DNA of 64,000 nt, taken from contig CAZFJM010000003.1 of assembly GCA_964519415.1 (NCBI GenBank), positions 5,668-69,667 of the forward strand, given 5' to 3'. A program made the position numbers and the translations under genes. Positions within the stretch are counted from its first letter, which is position 1. Each line of letters starts with the position of its first letter. Source of the stretch: Candidatus Woesearchaeota archaeon (GTDB taxonomy: Archaea; Nanobdellota; Nanobdellia; Pacearchaeales; GW2011-AR1). Below the pieces are notes generated by a model. It searched no databases. It was not told the origin of the DNA and saw nothing but the letters and a program-made list of their open reading frames with translations. This document shows, in pieces, positions 8,721-19,135 of the stretch.

Positions 8721-9707
8721 TTACAAAATTCCTTCTTCTAATAATTCTTCCCAAGTTTTTTCACCTAAAGCAACAAGTGCTTCCTTGTAAGTTAAAATTG
8801 GTTTTTCATATTTAGAATAATCATCTACAGCAATTCTTGGACAAGCTAATTCAACAAATGCTTCAATATTATAAAAGTTCATAATCTTCTCAGGAGTCAT
8901 TTCACTCATACTAATCAATAAAACTTTCTTTCCATTTTCTTTAAACTTATCAATAATATTTTTATAATTTCCAAATTTCTGTCCTAATTTAGATTCTGCA
9001 ATTATTCCTACATTATGTGCTCGTTTAAATCTATCAATTGCCATCGCTCTTTCTCTAATTATTTTATCTTTGAATTTAGACATATCAGAAACTTCATTAT
9101 TGTAAACATCTAAAAGATAAACAGGTTTATCGACGGCTAAAGCTGCACCAACAGAATGGAATCTATTTCCAATAATTACAAATGCTTCAACTTTATTTTC
9201 AATAGCTTTAAGTCCCGAGTACTCGCAACCAATAACTTGGCCTTCATAAAATGCGAATCCTGCTTTTTTACTCAAGACAACTTCTTTTTTATTTGTTTTA
9301 TAAAATTCTAAAATCTTCTTCAAATCATGTCTATGTTGCACTGCAAAACTTAATCCTATTTTTTTGTAATCTTTCAAACTATCCAATGATTTTTTCAGAA
9401 TAGGTTCCAAATCTAATTTATCTTTTATTTCAATATATAAAACCGGGAACTTTGTTTTCAAAAATTCAGAATGTCCAAAGTGTACAATCAAATCAACTTT
9501 GAATTGTTTAGCCTCATCAACTGCAACACAACATCCGCCCCAAGCCGTTTCACCAGAAAAAACGACTTCAATTCCAAGTTTCTCAATTTTTTCTTTTATT
9601 GCAAGTGCCTCGGTCTTTATACCCTCGGGTAATTGAACTAAAACCTTTTTCGGCTTTCGTTTCTTTAATTCTGCAATCATAAAATCTTCTTCAAAGTCCA
9701 ATACCAT
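8721..9707 (-). CDS. dph2: Diphthamide biosynthesis protein Dph2
   Basis: VQLPEGIK, WGGCCV, VHFGH, GQVIGC, ACPRIAVDD. Confidence 0.95.
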   Translation of the reverse strand: MVLDFEEDFMIAELKKRKPKKVLVQLPEGIKTEALAIKEKIEKLGIEVVFSGETAWGGCCVAVDEAKQFKVDLIVHFGHSEFLKTKFPVLYIEIKDKLDLEPILKKSLDSLKDYKKIGLSFAVQHRHDLKKILEFYKTNKKEVVLSKKAGFAFYEGQVIGCEYSGLKAIENKVEAFVIIGNRFHSVGAALAVDKPVYLLDVYNNEVSDMSKFKDKIIRERAMAIDRFKRAHNVGIIAESKLGQKFGNYKNIIDKFKENGKKVLLISMSEMTPEKIMNFYNIEAFVELACPRIAVDDYSKYEKPILTYKEALVALGEKTWEELLEEGIL

Positions 9708-9813
9708 AAATAACCGACTCTTAATCCATATAAAAACTTTTTGAAAGTATATTCTCTAAAATATATATTGCCTGGGTATTTATCCTTTTAAACGGCTTAA
9801 TTTATATAAATCA

Positions 9814-11214
9814 ATGGTTGTAAAAAAGAACAAATCTGGTTTAAGAGTTTTTGACAGATGGACTACCTTTCCTGCTTCTCAATTAACTAGGCCTATGCCT
9901 ACGACTGATGGGGCTTCGCCCTTTCTTCGTGAAAAAATGCGAACTTTTGCAGAAGATTATTGTAAATTTTCTTCTCAAGTTAGAACTGCCTCAGATGTAA
10001 CTGATTATTGTAAAGATTCACTTGAAAGAGCTAGATTTGATTTTAAGAATGGAATTTATATGACTGAAAGTGATGGTAATGCATTTGCAGCCGTCAAATA
10101 TGGAACTCTACCTGTAGAAGAAGGAATAAGAGTTGTTTTTTCTCATAACGATTCTCCGGGTTTGGGGTTAAAAACAAAACCAGCTGTTGTCCCTTGGGAT
10201 CCGGATCAACAATTATTACATTTAGGTATAATTGCAGATTTAAAGGAAGTGGGTAGCGTGCATGCTGGTCAATGGGCGGGGCGTGACTATACTGTAAAAG
10301 GATTCTTTTATCAAGATGGCGTAAAAAAGAAATTAGAATTTCCAGGATATCTTGCAGATGTTAATGTTCATACAGATACCAGAGATGCTGCAGGTCATAC
10401 TATAAATGAAGCATACCCTAAAGACGGACTAGACCTTATTGTTGGTTATAATAACCTTTCAAACTTTTTAAAATCAATTGGGATAAAAAGTGAAACTGAT
10501 TTTCAAACTGCGCAATTACAACTTTATCCTGAAAATCCTACAAGAATATTTGGACAAGGTTTCATAACAGGCCATGCTCATGATGCAAGAATTGGAACAT
10601 ATAGTACTTTGAAGGCATTTGAAAAAACAAAGTCTCCTTACACGACAGTTTTAATTGGATTTGATAGAGAAGAAACAGGTAGCTTCGGCCCTGGAGGAGC
10701 AAACTCTCCTTTCTTAGACGACATAGTAGATAATATTCTTTTAAAGTCAAAGGTAGTTTCAAGTAGAAAAGAGTTAACTGAATCTCTAAAAAGAGAAATT
10801 TATAGAAGTTCTTTTGCGATAAACGGAGATGTTGATGTATCTGCCAGTCCGAAGGATTCTGAAGAGGGTCGTATTGATCCCATGTCGATTGCAAAAATGG
10901 CCTTTGGTCCGTTCTTATTAACTGAAGATGGAAATTATACTGCAGATCAATCAAGAAGAGAGCATGTTGCTCGTTTAATGAAAATTTTAGGCGAATCAAA
11001 TATTATTTTTTATCCTGTTGGAAGTGCAATGACCCAAGAAAATTCACAATTAGAAACCTGCAGTTTTGATATCAACAAAAAAGGTTTACCTACTTTTGCA
11101 TTTGGCGTTCCAGTAGTTGGGACTCATAGTGTAATTGAATTAGCTCATGAAGGAGATTTATATTATTCTTTCTTAGGCCATAAAGCATTCTTAAAAGCAG
11201 ATTGGAAACCTTAA
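9814..11214 (+). CDS. M18 family aminopeptidase (divergent)
   Basis: SHNDSPGL, HDARIG, FDREETGS, GTHSVIE metal-ligand motifs. Confidence 0.85.
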   Translation: MVVKKNKSGLRVFDRWTTFPASQLTRPMPTTDGASPFLREKMRTFAEDYCKFSSQVRTASDVTDYCKDSLERARFDFKNGIYMTESDGNAFAAVKYGTLPVEEGIRVVFSHNDSPGLGLKTKPAVVPWDPDQQLLHLGIIADLKEVGSVHAGQWAGRDYTVKGFFYQDGVKKKLEFPGYLADVNVHTDTRDAAGHTINEAYPKDGLDLIVGYNNLSNFLKSIGIKSETDFQTAQLQLYPENPTRIFGQGFITGHAHDARIGTYSTLKAFEKTKSPYTTVLIGFDREETGSFGPGGANSPFLDDIVDNILLKSKVVSSRKELTESLKREIYRSSFAINGDVDVSASPKDSEEGRIDPMSIAKMAFGPFLLTEDGNYTADQSRREHVARLMKILGESNIIFYPVGSAMTQENSQLETCSFDINKKGLPTFAFGVPVVGTHSVIELAHEGDLYYSFLGHKAFLKADWKP

Positions 11215-11216
11215 GT

Positions 11217-11813
11217 TTATATTAAACTTAAAATACCGTAAAGCCCATAATATCCAATAAGGCCTGTTGCAATAAATCCTAATGTTCTAGGTATAACTCC
11301 CCATAAAATAAATTGTAATTTATTCATTCTCAATGCGCCAAATATTAGGGGGAAATAAGGGATTGGTAAAGGAAGAACTCCAGCAGAAAGTACAAACCAT
11401 TTACCGTGTTTGTTCCAAAATCTTACTGTTCTATCAACTGTTTTTTGTTTAAAGAAAGGAGCTATTGCGTGAAATCCATAGTGGTACCCAATAAGAAAAG
11501 CAGTCATTGAACCTATAATTGAGGCAACCATTGTAACTAGAACTGCTGAATAAATGTTAACTCCAAACCCCATTCCCCAAAGAAGGATAAAATCTGGGCT
11601 AAGTAACTGTGGTAAAAATTCTATTATTAAAACAAAAATAAATATTGCTATTAGACCATAATTAATAATATTATTTGTCATATATTCGCTTGTTTCTTCA
11701 TAATTCCAAACAAGGTAAATACTAACTGTAACAATAATCATCAAAAGAATAACACTTGCAATTCTAATTTCTTTACGAATTTTTTTCCTTCTAAGATCTA
11801 GTTCCTCTCCCAT
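11217..11813 (-). CDS. DedA/VTT (SNARE-associated) membrane protein
   Basis: Multiple TM helices; GSMTAFLIG, KHGKWFVL...LPLPIPY...GALRM. Confidence 0.85.
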   Translation of the reverse strand: MGEELDLRRKKIRKEIRIASVILLMIIVTVSIYLVWNYEETSEYMTNNIINYGLIAIFIFVLIIEFLPQLLSPDFILLWGMGFGVNIYSAVLVTMVASIIGSMTAFLIGYHYGFHAIAPFFKQKTVDRTVRFWNKHGKWFVLSAGVLPLPIPYFPLIFGALRMNKLQFILWGVIPRTLGFIATGLIGYYGLYGILSLI

Positions 11814-11891
11814 ACCTAATTTATTTCTACTAACTTAAAAAATCTATGCTTTCTTAAGTAAACTTATAAACCAGTATAAATAAGCTAAATA

Positions 11892-12731
11892 ATGGCAGAT
11901 ATAAAGACACTATTAAATTTTGGAATTATAATAGTTGATAAACCAACGGGCCCGACTTCTTTTTCCATTTCAGATTATGTAAGAAAAAAATTAAACTTAT
12001 CAAAAACTTCTCATTTTGGGACTCTTGATCCACAGGTTACAGGTGTTCTACCTATAGCTTTAGGAAGGGCCTGCAAACTAACAGGAACTTTTTTAGGACA
12101 CGATAAAATATACATGGGCATAATGCATACTCATAAAGAACAGGATGTAAAAGAACTTCAAAAAATAATCAATGAAAGTTTTATTGGAACTATTAAGCAA
12201 ACCCCTCCAAAAAAATCAAGAGTAAAAAGACAGGAAAGAGAAAGAGATATTATTAGATTCGAACTTTTAGAAGTTGGAGAAAATAAGAAAGATTTTCTAT
12301 TTATTTCGGAAGTACAGGGCGGAACATACATAAGAAAACTTTGTTCTGATTTAGGAGAGAAAATCGGTGGGGCACATATGCTTGAATTAAGAAGAACTCA
12401 AGCAGGGATTTTCGATGAAAGTCAAGCTGTAAAACTATATGACTTTGAAAAAGCAGTTGATGAATATAAAAATGGAAATCCAAAACTTCTAGAAAAGATG
12501 ATTATTCCAGCAGAAGAAGCTATAAAAAAAGTAATAAAATGTTACGAGGCAAAACCAGAGTCAATTCGTCAACTTAAAACAGGAAAGCCCATTTTTAGAG
12601 GGGAATTAGAGGGTCTAGCACCTGATGAAGCAGAATTTGCTGTTTTCCACAAAGATTCTTTTATTGGTCTATACAAATTAACAAACGAATCTATTGAAAT
12701 AATCGCAAGACCGACTTTCGTTTTTAACTAA
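11892..12731 (+). CDS. cbf5: Pseudouridine synthase Cbf5/TruB (short form)
   Basis: DKPTGPTS, HFGTLDPQVTGVL (catalytic Asp), GTYIRKLCSDLG, GAHMLELRRT. Confidence 0.92.
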   Translation: MADIKTLLNFGIIIVDKPTGPTSFSISDYVRKKLNLSKTSHFGTLDPQVTGVLPIALGRACKLTGTFLGHDKIYMGIMHTHKEQDVKELQKIINESFIGTIKQTPPKKSRVKRQERERDIIRFELLEVGENKKDFLFISEVQGGTYIRKLCSDLGEKIGGAHMLELRRTQAGIFDESQAVKLYDFEKAVDEYKNGNPKLLEKMIIPAEEAIKKVIKCYEAKPESIRQLKTGKPIFRGELEGLAPDEAEFAVFHKDSFIGLYKLTNESIEIIARPTFVFN

Positions 12732-12763
12732 ATCTTTAAAAACTCTATTATTGCAGGATTTAT

Positions 12764-13087
12764 ATGGTAAACAAAGTAATTTCACTAACCGAACGTTTGA
12801 ATCTAGAGGAATCTGAAGCTCTAATGTCTATGTTAGATGAAAAAAGAAAAGACACTATGCAGATAAAACTTCTTCTACCTTACAATGGACCGAGAAAAAT
12901 TATTAGATATGCAGTAGGAGAAAAGTCTGTTCTTTCATTTGATTATGGGGAACGTAATGAAGATATCTTGTCTGGAATACCTGTAACATTAGTTTCTCCA
13001 AATAAAAGAGCATATTCTCTGGCAAAAAGCCTTCTTGAAAAGCCCCTAGAACTTCTACCATTAACAGAAGAAGCCTATGACCGGTAA
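12764..13087 (+). CDS. Hypothetical protein (107 aa)
   Basis: Own TATA (TTTAAAA) about 22 nt upstream. Confidence 0.6.
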   Translation: MVNKVISLTERLNLEESEALMSMLDEKRKDTMQIKLLLPYNGPRKIIRYAVGEKSVLSFDYGERNEDILSGIPVTLVSPNKRAYSLAKSLLEKPLELLPLTEEAYDR

Positions 13088-13146
13088 TTCTAATCTATAC
13101 TTTCTAAAATAGTAATAGTTATAAAGAAAATAAGCTCCTCGAATTT

Positions 13147-15219
13147 ATGGATGAAGACTTCGGAAATGAGGAAATAGAGGAAGATGATGAACTGCCTGCA
13201 AGTAAGCCAGATACGCTAAATCAAGAAGATTTGATTATGGAGGCTAAGAGTTTTTTTAGCACTCAAAAAAAGCAATTAGGTGAATCTGCAAAACAAGCAG
13301 ATAAAGTAGTAAAACTAGATTTTAACGAACTTTCAGAACAGTCTCCTGAACTTGCGGAAAGATTAATTACAAAACCAGATGAGACTTTAGAAATTTTAGA
13401 ACTTGCTTTACATGAATCTGGTTTAGTTTTAGAACCGCGAGTACGTCTTATTAATTTATCAAATTCTCAAGTAATGAAAATAAGAAATATAAGATCGAAA
13501 AATCTTAATACTATGATTTCTATTGAAGGGATTGTTCGTCAAGCTTCTGAAGTTCGTCCGCGAGTTGTAAACGCAAAATTTGAGTGTCCTGCTTGTGGAA
13601 CTATTTTAAGTGTTTTGCAAATTGATGAAAAATTTAGAGAACCTTCAAGATGTTCTTGTGGAAGACGGGGTGGATTTAAAGAATTGGATAAAGAAATGGT
13701 TGACGCTCAAAGATTAGTTATTGAAGAATCTCCAGATGCATTAACTGGTGGAGAGCAGGCAAAAAGAATGACTGTATTTTTGAAAGAAGATTTAGTAGAG
13801 CCGAAAATGGAAGAAAAAACAACCCCTGGTGCAAGAGTAAATATTATTGGTGTTTTGAAAGAAGTTCCTTTACCTGCAAAAACTGGTGGAATTTTAACTC
13901 GTTTTGATTTAGCAGTTGAAGCAAATAGCATTACTCCTATGGAAGAGAGTTTTGACGATATTCAAGTCTCTGAAGAAGATGAGCAGGAAATTAGAGAGCT
14001 TGCAGCAGATCCTAAAATTATGGAGAAACTTGCAGCAAGTATAGCGCCTTCTGTTTGGGGTTATCCAGAAATTAAGACCTCTTTAGCTTTACAATTATTT
14101 GGAGGAGTTCAGAAATCACGTTCAGATGGAACAAAGACAAGAGGCGACTTACACGTTTTGTTAGTCGGTGATCCTGGTGTAGCAAAATCCGTTATGTTAA
14201 AATTCATTTCAGGAATTGCTCCCAAGGGACGTTATGTATCTGGTAAATCTACTTCCGGTGCAGGTCTTACTGCGACTGTAGTTAAAGATGAATTCTTAAG
14301 AGGTTGGGCATTGGAAGCCGGTGCGATGGTTTTATCCAATAAGGGTTTAGTTTGTATTGACGAGTTAGAAAAAATGGATGAGAATGATAGATCAACTATG
14401 CACGAAGCTATGGAACAGCAATCCGTTACAATTTCTAAAGCAAATGTTCAGGCAAGCTTAAGAGCACAGACAGCCGTTCTTGCAGCAGCGAATCCGAAAT
14501 TTGGTAGATTTGATCCTCATGAAATGATTGCAAAGCAAGTTAATTTAGCTCCCTCATTATTAAACAGATTTGACGTATTATTTATTTTAAGAGATCTCCC
14601 AGATAAAACTCGTGATGAAAGTATTGCAGCGCACGTTTTAAGAGAGCACAAGCAAGAAACACATAATGCGGATATAATTAGTAAAGAGCTTTTAAGAAAA
14701 TACATTGCATTCGCAAAACAACATTGTAGCCCTACTTTATCAGATGAAGCAATAAAGAGAATAAAAACTTTCTACGTTAATTTAAGAAATCAACCAACTA
14801 TTGCGAATGAAGGAATAAAACCTATTCCAATATCTGCTAGACAGTTAGAGGCTTTAGTAAGATTAGCAGAAGCAACTGCAAAAGCTCGTTTAGGTAAACA
14901 AGTTACAGAAGAAGATGCAATAAAAGCAATAGCTTTAATGAAATTCTACATGATGCAAGTAGGTTATGACGAAGAAACTAAGAGTTTCGATATTGATAAG
15001 ATTTCAGGTAATCCTGCATCAAAGAGAAATAAGATTTATATTTTAAAAGAGATTTTAGAAGAGCTTGAAGCTAGACTTGGAAAATTAATTCCTATGGAAG
15101 AAGTTGAGAAGTTGGCAGACGGCAAATTAAAAACTGACGAATTAGAAGAGGCGTTAGATAAGTTAGTTCGTGCAGGAGATTTATTCAGACCTAGAAAGGG
15201 TTATGTTCAAAGAATGTAA
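13147..15219 (+). CDS. mcm: MCM replicative helicase (no intein)
   Basis: Zn finger CPAC/CSC, GDPGVAKS, IDELEKM, LNRFD arginine finger, SARQLE, C-terminal wH. Confidence 0.98.
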   Translation: MDEDFGNEEIEEDDELPASKPDTLNQEDLIMEAKSFFSTQKKQLGESAKQADKVVKLDFNELSEQSPELAERLITKPDETLEILELALHESGLVLEPRVRLINLSNSQVMKIRNIRSKNLNTMISIEGIVRQASEVRPRVVNAKFECPACGTILSVLQIDEKFREPSRCSCGRRGGFKELDKEMVDAQRLVIEESPDALTGGEQAKRMTVFLKEDLVEPKMEEKTTPGARVNIIGVLKEVPLPAKTGGILTRFDLAVEANSITPMEESFDDIQVSEEDEQEIRELAADPKIMEKLAASIAPSVWGYPEIKTSLALQLFGGVQKSRSDGTKTRGDLHVLLVGDPGVAKSVMLKFISGIAPKGRYVSGKSTSGAGLTATVVKDEFLRGWALEAGAMVLSNKGLVCIDELEKMDENDRSTMHEAMEQQSVTISKANVQASLRAQTAVLAAANPKFGRFDPHEMIAKQVNLAPSLLNRFDVLFILRDLPDKTRDESIAAHVLREHKQETHNADIISKELLRKYIAFAKQHCSPTLSDEAIKRIKTFYVNLRNQPTIANEGIKPIPISARQLEALVRLAEATAKARLGKQVTEEDAIKAIALMKFYMMQVGYDEETKSFDIDKISGNPASKRNKIYILKEILEELEARLGKLIPMEEVEKLADGKLKTDELEEALDKLVRAGDLFRPRKGYVQRM

Positions 15220-15220
15220 T

Positions 15221-15445
15221 ATGGTAAAAAATTATTTTGCAACAATAAACAATCTTGCACATAAAGCAAGAAAAGATAATTCTAATAAAGACGGTTTGTA
15301 TTTAATTGGAATAGAATTTAAAGATCTTGTTTATGGTTTCTCAGAAAGAGCAAGTTTATTAGAGGCTTTTGCAGAGTTAGAGAGCAAGGGTTATTCTGGC
15401 AGAAATTTACGGGCTACTTTTCTGGATAGTTTAGAAATTAACTAA
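15221..15445 (+). CDS. Hypothetical protein (74 aa)
   Basis: ATG 1 nt after mcm stop. Confidence 0.5.
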   Translation: MVKNYFATINNLAHKARKDNSNKDGLYLIGIEFKDLVYGFSERASLLEAFAELESKGYSGRNLRATFLDSLEIN

Positions 15446-15489
15446 TCTAACATCTAAATATTTTTAAACACAAAAATTAACTAATATTT

Positions 15490-15837
15490 ATGTCTTATCA
15501 TCCAAGTAAATTAGAAGTTCCTCTAAAAGAAGTTTTAATTTCAGAAAAAAGAAACAGTAGTGGTTTGGTTGAAAAAATAGTTTTAGTTTCTCCAATTGAG
15601 GCTGCAAAAGCTATTGCAAATATGGATTATAATTCACAGAGGGAATTCTTTGATAAATATACTCTAGAAATAAAAGCGCAAGAAGAAGCAGATAGAAATA
15701 AAGGAAGAGCGCAACTTCCAACAATGCTAAAATCTGTTGCACACTATTCTTCTAAAGTTTCTCACTCTCTTTCTCACGCTTGGGGATTGTGTGAAAGATA
15801 TATGTCCAAAACAAAAGGCGGATATAGAGGTACTTAA
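15490..15837 (+). CDS. Hypothetical helical protein (115 aa)
   Basis: Own TATA about 21 nt upstream; DRNKGRAQL...AWGLCERYM. Confidence 0.65.
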   Translation: MSYHPSKLEVPLKEVLISEKRNSSGLVEKIVLVSPIEAAKAIANMDYNSQREFFDKYTLEIKAQEEADRNKGRAQLPTMLKSVAHYSSKVSHSLSHAWGLCERYMSKTKGGYRGT

Positions 15838-15847
15838 TCCTATAAAA

Positions 15848-16318
15848 ATGAATGAACAATTTTATAATCGTGGAAGATCTGATTCGTTAAGAAAGCTTCC
15901 TGCAAATCCGTGCAGTTCAACACCAGACCAATACAATCATTACATGAACGGATACAATTCTATTCAACAAAAAAATCCGGGATATGATCAAGCGTTTGAA
16001 GGAATTTGTGGAATTATAACTAGATCGCAAAATTTAGGAAAAATAAAAGATATTACTTTGCGATTAGCAGAACTATTAGTAGCTTCAATAAATGAACCTG
16101 CAGATATAAAAACAAATTTAGATGAGGAATTTGCTAAACAACTTTGTGAATTAAGAATATATGATTCAAAGTTAGAAGATGGAATCATGCAGTTATATAA
16201 TTCCGTTCAAAAATCAAAATGTTTTGGCAGAGAAGATTTATCTAAAGTGAAGTATTTAAGTCACAAACCTCAAGAAGTACAGAAGAAAAACACCAAAAAG
16301 AAACCTAAAAAAAGTTGA
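15848..16318 (+). CDS. Hypothetical protein (156 aa)
   Basis: ATG at 15848 after SD-like GAGGT. Confidence 0.55.
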   Translation: MNEQFYNRGRSDSLRKLPANPCSSTPDQYNHYMNGYNSIQQKNPGYDQAFEGICGIITRSQNLGKIKDITLRLAELLVASINEPADIKTNLDEEFAKQLCELRIYDSKLEDGIMQLYNSVQKSKCFGREDLSKVKYLSHKPQEVQKKNTKKKPKKS

Positions 16319-16366
16319 TTTTTTTATCATATAAATCCTTAAAAACCCTATATTATTTCAGAGCTT

Positions 16367-16990
16367 ATGGAAGGTGTAATGGATAACGAGCAAAGAAAGA
16401 GGAATATAGCTTACAAGCTAAGGATTGGTGACGTAATGAAATCTAAACCAGTTTCAAACGAAGGTAAACTTCTATTCTTGGAACTTGGCGACAAAAAAAT
16501 AATAAGAGTTAACTTAATTGCAAATGCAGTTGACAAATTCATAAATGATGGTGATAAAAAATACGCTTCTATAACAGTTGATGATGCTTCAGGACAAATA
16601 AAACTAAAGGCTTTCGGTGATGATATTGCTCCATTAAAAGATATTTCTCAAGGAGACACACTTCAAATTATTGGTTTAATGAGAGAATACAATAGCGAAA
16701 TTTACATTACTCCAGAAGTTGTAAAAAAGGTAGATCCTAAATGGTTACTTGTAAGAAAATTAGAAATTCAAAAATCTCACAAAGATGCTCCTCTTCCAAC
16801 AAACGCTTCTTTAAGAGAAATAATTTTAGAAAAGATAAAGAAGTCTGATTCAACAGGCGGCTTAGACAAGGAACAGTTAATCTTAGACACAGAAGCATCT
16901 CCAGAGGTCATTAATGCTGAAATCAAGCACCTTTTAGAAGAAGGAATGATATATGAACCAAGACCTGGAATTTTGAGGTATTTAGGATAA
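16367..16990 (+). CDS. Replication protein A, RPA32-like (OB fold + winged helix)
   Basis: RVNLIA, TVDDASGQI, IIGLMREY, EGMIYEPRPG. Confidence 0.88.
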   Translation: MEGVMDNEQRKRNIAYKLRIGDVMKSKPVSNEGKLLFLELGDKKIIRVNLIANAVDKFINDGDKKYASITVDDASGQIKLKAFGDDIAPLKDISQGDTLQIIGLMREYNSEIYITPEVVKKVDPKWLLVRKLEIQKSHKDAPLPTNASLREIILEKIKKSDSTGGLDKEQLILDTEASPEVINAEIKHLLEEGMIYEPRPGILRYLG

Positions 16991-16991
16991 A

Positions 16992-17321
16992 ATGGCAAAA
17001 AAACAAATAGCTATTGAGTACGATATTCCAACTATAGGTTGGGTAGGTATAATTCATGCTCCCGGTTGTGAAAATGGCCCATATTATGCTAGAGTTGACG
17101 GTTATGGTATTGTTGCATCAGAAAGTGGAAGCGAAGATGAAGCAAGAGTAAGAACTGGAAAAAGTATTGAGTTATTTCTTGGCTCAAGAAAAACAGAATT
17201 AGAGGCCCAATCAAAAGATGAAAATTATGGAAAGATAACTTTAATCAAGCTTATTTTATCCGGAATACAGTCAAGTCAAACTTCGCTTGGAGCTTTGAGT
17301 CAATACGAAACTAAAAATTAA
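16992..17321 (+). CDS. Hypothetical protein (109 aa)
   Basis: ATG 1 nt after RPA stop. Confidence 0.55.
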   Translation: MAKKQIAIEYDIPTIGWVGIIHAPGCENGPYYARVDGYGIVASESGSEDEARVRTGKSIELFLGSRKTELEAQSKDENYGKITLIKLILSGIQSSQTSLGALSQYETKN

Positions 17322-17536
17322 TTTTTTTTATCACTCAAATCAACCATTAATCCTTCAATCTTTGAAGAAGCGTATTCTTTTTGAAAATCTTCGAAAGTTC
17401 TAAAATATTTTTCCTGTACAACTCCATCCCCGTCTCTGTGAAAATGCAAAACTCCTTGATGGCCATAGACTTTAAAACGACTATCCGATACCGAATTCCA
17501 AACATTCACTAAACTTTGTAGTCCTTCATTACTCAT
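17318..17536 (-). CDS. Hypothetical protein (72 aa)
   Basis: Start overlaps stop of the MBF1-like gene. Confidence 0.5.
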   Translation of the reverse strand: MSNEGLQSLVNVWNSVSDSRFKVYGHQGVLHFHRDGDGVVQEKYFRTFEDFQKEYASSKIEGLMVDLSDKKN

Positions 17537-18395
17537 TTTCTTTAGAATCTAAATCTTCTTTTTCTTTCTTTAACTTCTTTAAATTTGCAAGATCTTGTAA
17601 TGTAATATTATTTAAGTTTTCTTTTCTAGAAAAGTCAAACTTATCTGATTCAATTTCATTTGCAAGTTGATCATATCTTTTTTTCTTTTCTTCATTCTTT
17701 TGCATAACGATTTCATCAACATCAATTTTATCATGTTGTGTTTCAACATCGCCATTATAATAATCTACTCCATCTTCCTTTGCTTTTTTAACAAGGAAAA
17801 AATGTTTCTTCATTTTCTGTCTTACTGAATCTAAAATACCTTGTTCAACAGTTTTCTTTTCTTCTATCTTCTTAGTTTCCATAGGTAACATAACAATTTC
17901 TCTTCTTGCAATCTTCAATATTTTAACTTCAAGAACTCTTTCAACTGCAGCTGCAACAGCTTGGAATCCAGGGAATAACTGTCCTGCTTCTAAAGACTCA
18001 TATTGTTTTTGATCAACGCCAGCAAGTTGTGCGATTTTAGTAGTAGTTATTTTAGCATGTCTTCTTGCTTGTTTTAGAATCCAGTCGTAATTTTCTATTA
18101 AATCACCATGCTCTTGTTTCATTCCTGGAAATTTCAATTTAGCCAAATTTTTATGTGCAATCATTTGGTCTTTAACCATAAATTTCTTTTGAGGATTAGA
18201 CATATGTTCCATAACTTCTCGAACACTTCTTCTTTTTTCAGCCTGTTCTAGTTGCTCTCTTGTTGGTTTTTTAATCAAAGTAATGCCTTCTCTTTCAGAA
18301 CATTTATAGCAAACTTTTCTGACTCCTCTTTCGCTTATACCGTCAAATAATAAAACTTCCTCTTCTGGTTTTCCACATGCGAAACATTTAGCCAT
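17529..18395 (-). CDS. MBF1-like Zn-ribbon + Cro-type HTH protein with long C-terminal extension
   Basis: CFACG...VCYKC; LIENYDWILKQARR...KIAQLAG...SLEAG. Confidence 0.75.
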   Translation of the reverse strand: MAKCFACGKPEEEVLLFDGISERGVRKVCYKCSEREGITLIKKPTREQLEQAEKRRSVREVMEHMSNPQKKFMVKDQMIAHKNLAKLKFPGMKQEHGDLIENYDWILKQARRHAKITTTKIAQLAGVDQKQYESLEAGQLFPGFQAVAAAVERVLEVKILKIARREIVMLPMETKKIEEKKTVEQGILDSVRQKMKKHFFLVKKAKEDGVDYYNGDVETQHDKIDVDEIVMQKNEEKKKRYDQLANEIESDKFDFSRKENLNNITLQDLANLKKLKKEKEDLDSKENE

Positions 18396-18469
18396 AAGAA
18401 ACGAATTAATCGTGTCTTTTTAAGCATTTATATAATAAAATATATTTCTTAAAAAGGCTAAAATACTAT

Positions 18470-19135
18470 TTAAAAATTGATCTCAAAGTAGTCTCTAATC
18501 TCTTCAGTTTGGTTATACAGGAATTCTTTGTCTTCATTAACAATCATCAGGGCGCTCTCATTTGTATTTTTATAGTCCTGTAGTAATGCGTTCAAAGAAC
18601 TTATATTAAGATTTTTAGCGATTGGAATCAAGATTACTTTGTTTTGCGAATTCTCTTTTATTTCACTAGCTATTCTAGCCATTACTTTTTGTTTTGCTAC
18701 ATTCTCTACTTCTTCAGCTTGATAGTCATAAAGATAAACTACTGTATAAAAGATATCATTACCGCATCTCTTTTTAATATTAATACTATTAATCCAGAAT
18801 AAAGTTCTAAGGACATCAAATTTTCTATGCTCTCTTATAAGTTGGTATTTTGTTAGAATTGCGGAATTCTCATATTCTTCAAAGATAGATGCTTGTTGAT
18901 ATATACGGTCACCTATGTAAAAATTTCTTTCTATTAATTCAGAACAAGCATATTTTCCAAGATTAGATATGTCTAGTTGGTCTGCCAAACCGCTTATTTC
19001 ATCCTCTGTGCTAATATAATAATTAGCTAGTTCTAAATTTCTACTTTTTTCGATACTTAAACCTATGAGAAATCCCCCAATAAAGAGTAAAATAGTTAAC
19101 ACAAGTGCTTCTAAAAAATAATATCTATATCTCAT
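18470..19135 (-). CDS. Membrane-anchored hypothetical protein
   Basis: N-terminal TM helix; ATGA-coupled to the GT2 gene. Confidence 0.75.
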   Translation of the reverse strand: MRYRYYFLEALVLTILLFIGGFLIGLSIEKSRNLELANYYISTEDEISGLADQLDISNLGKYACSELIERNFYIGDRIYQQASIFEEYENSAILTKYQLIREHRKFDVLRTLFWINSINIKKRCGNDIFYTVVYLYDYQAEEVENVAKQKVMARIASEIKENSQNKVILIPIAKNLNISSLNALLQDYKNTNESALMIVNEDKEFLYNQTEEIRDYFEINF

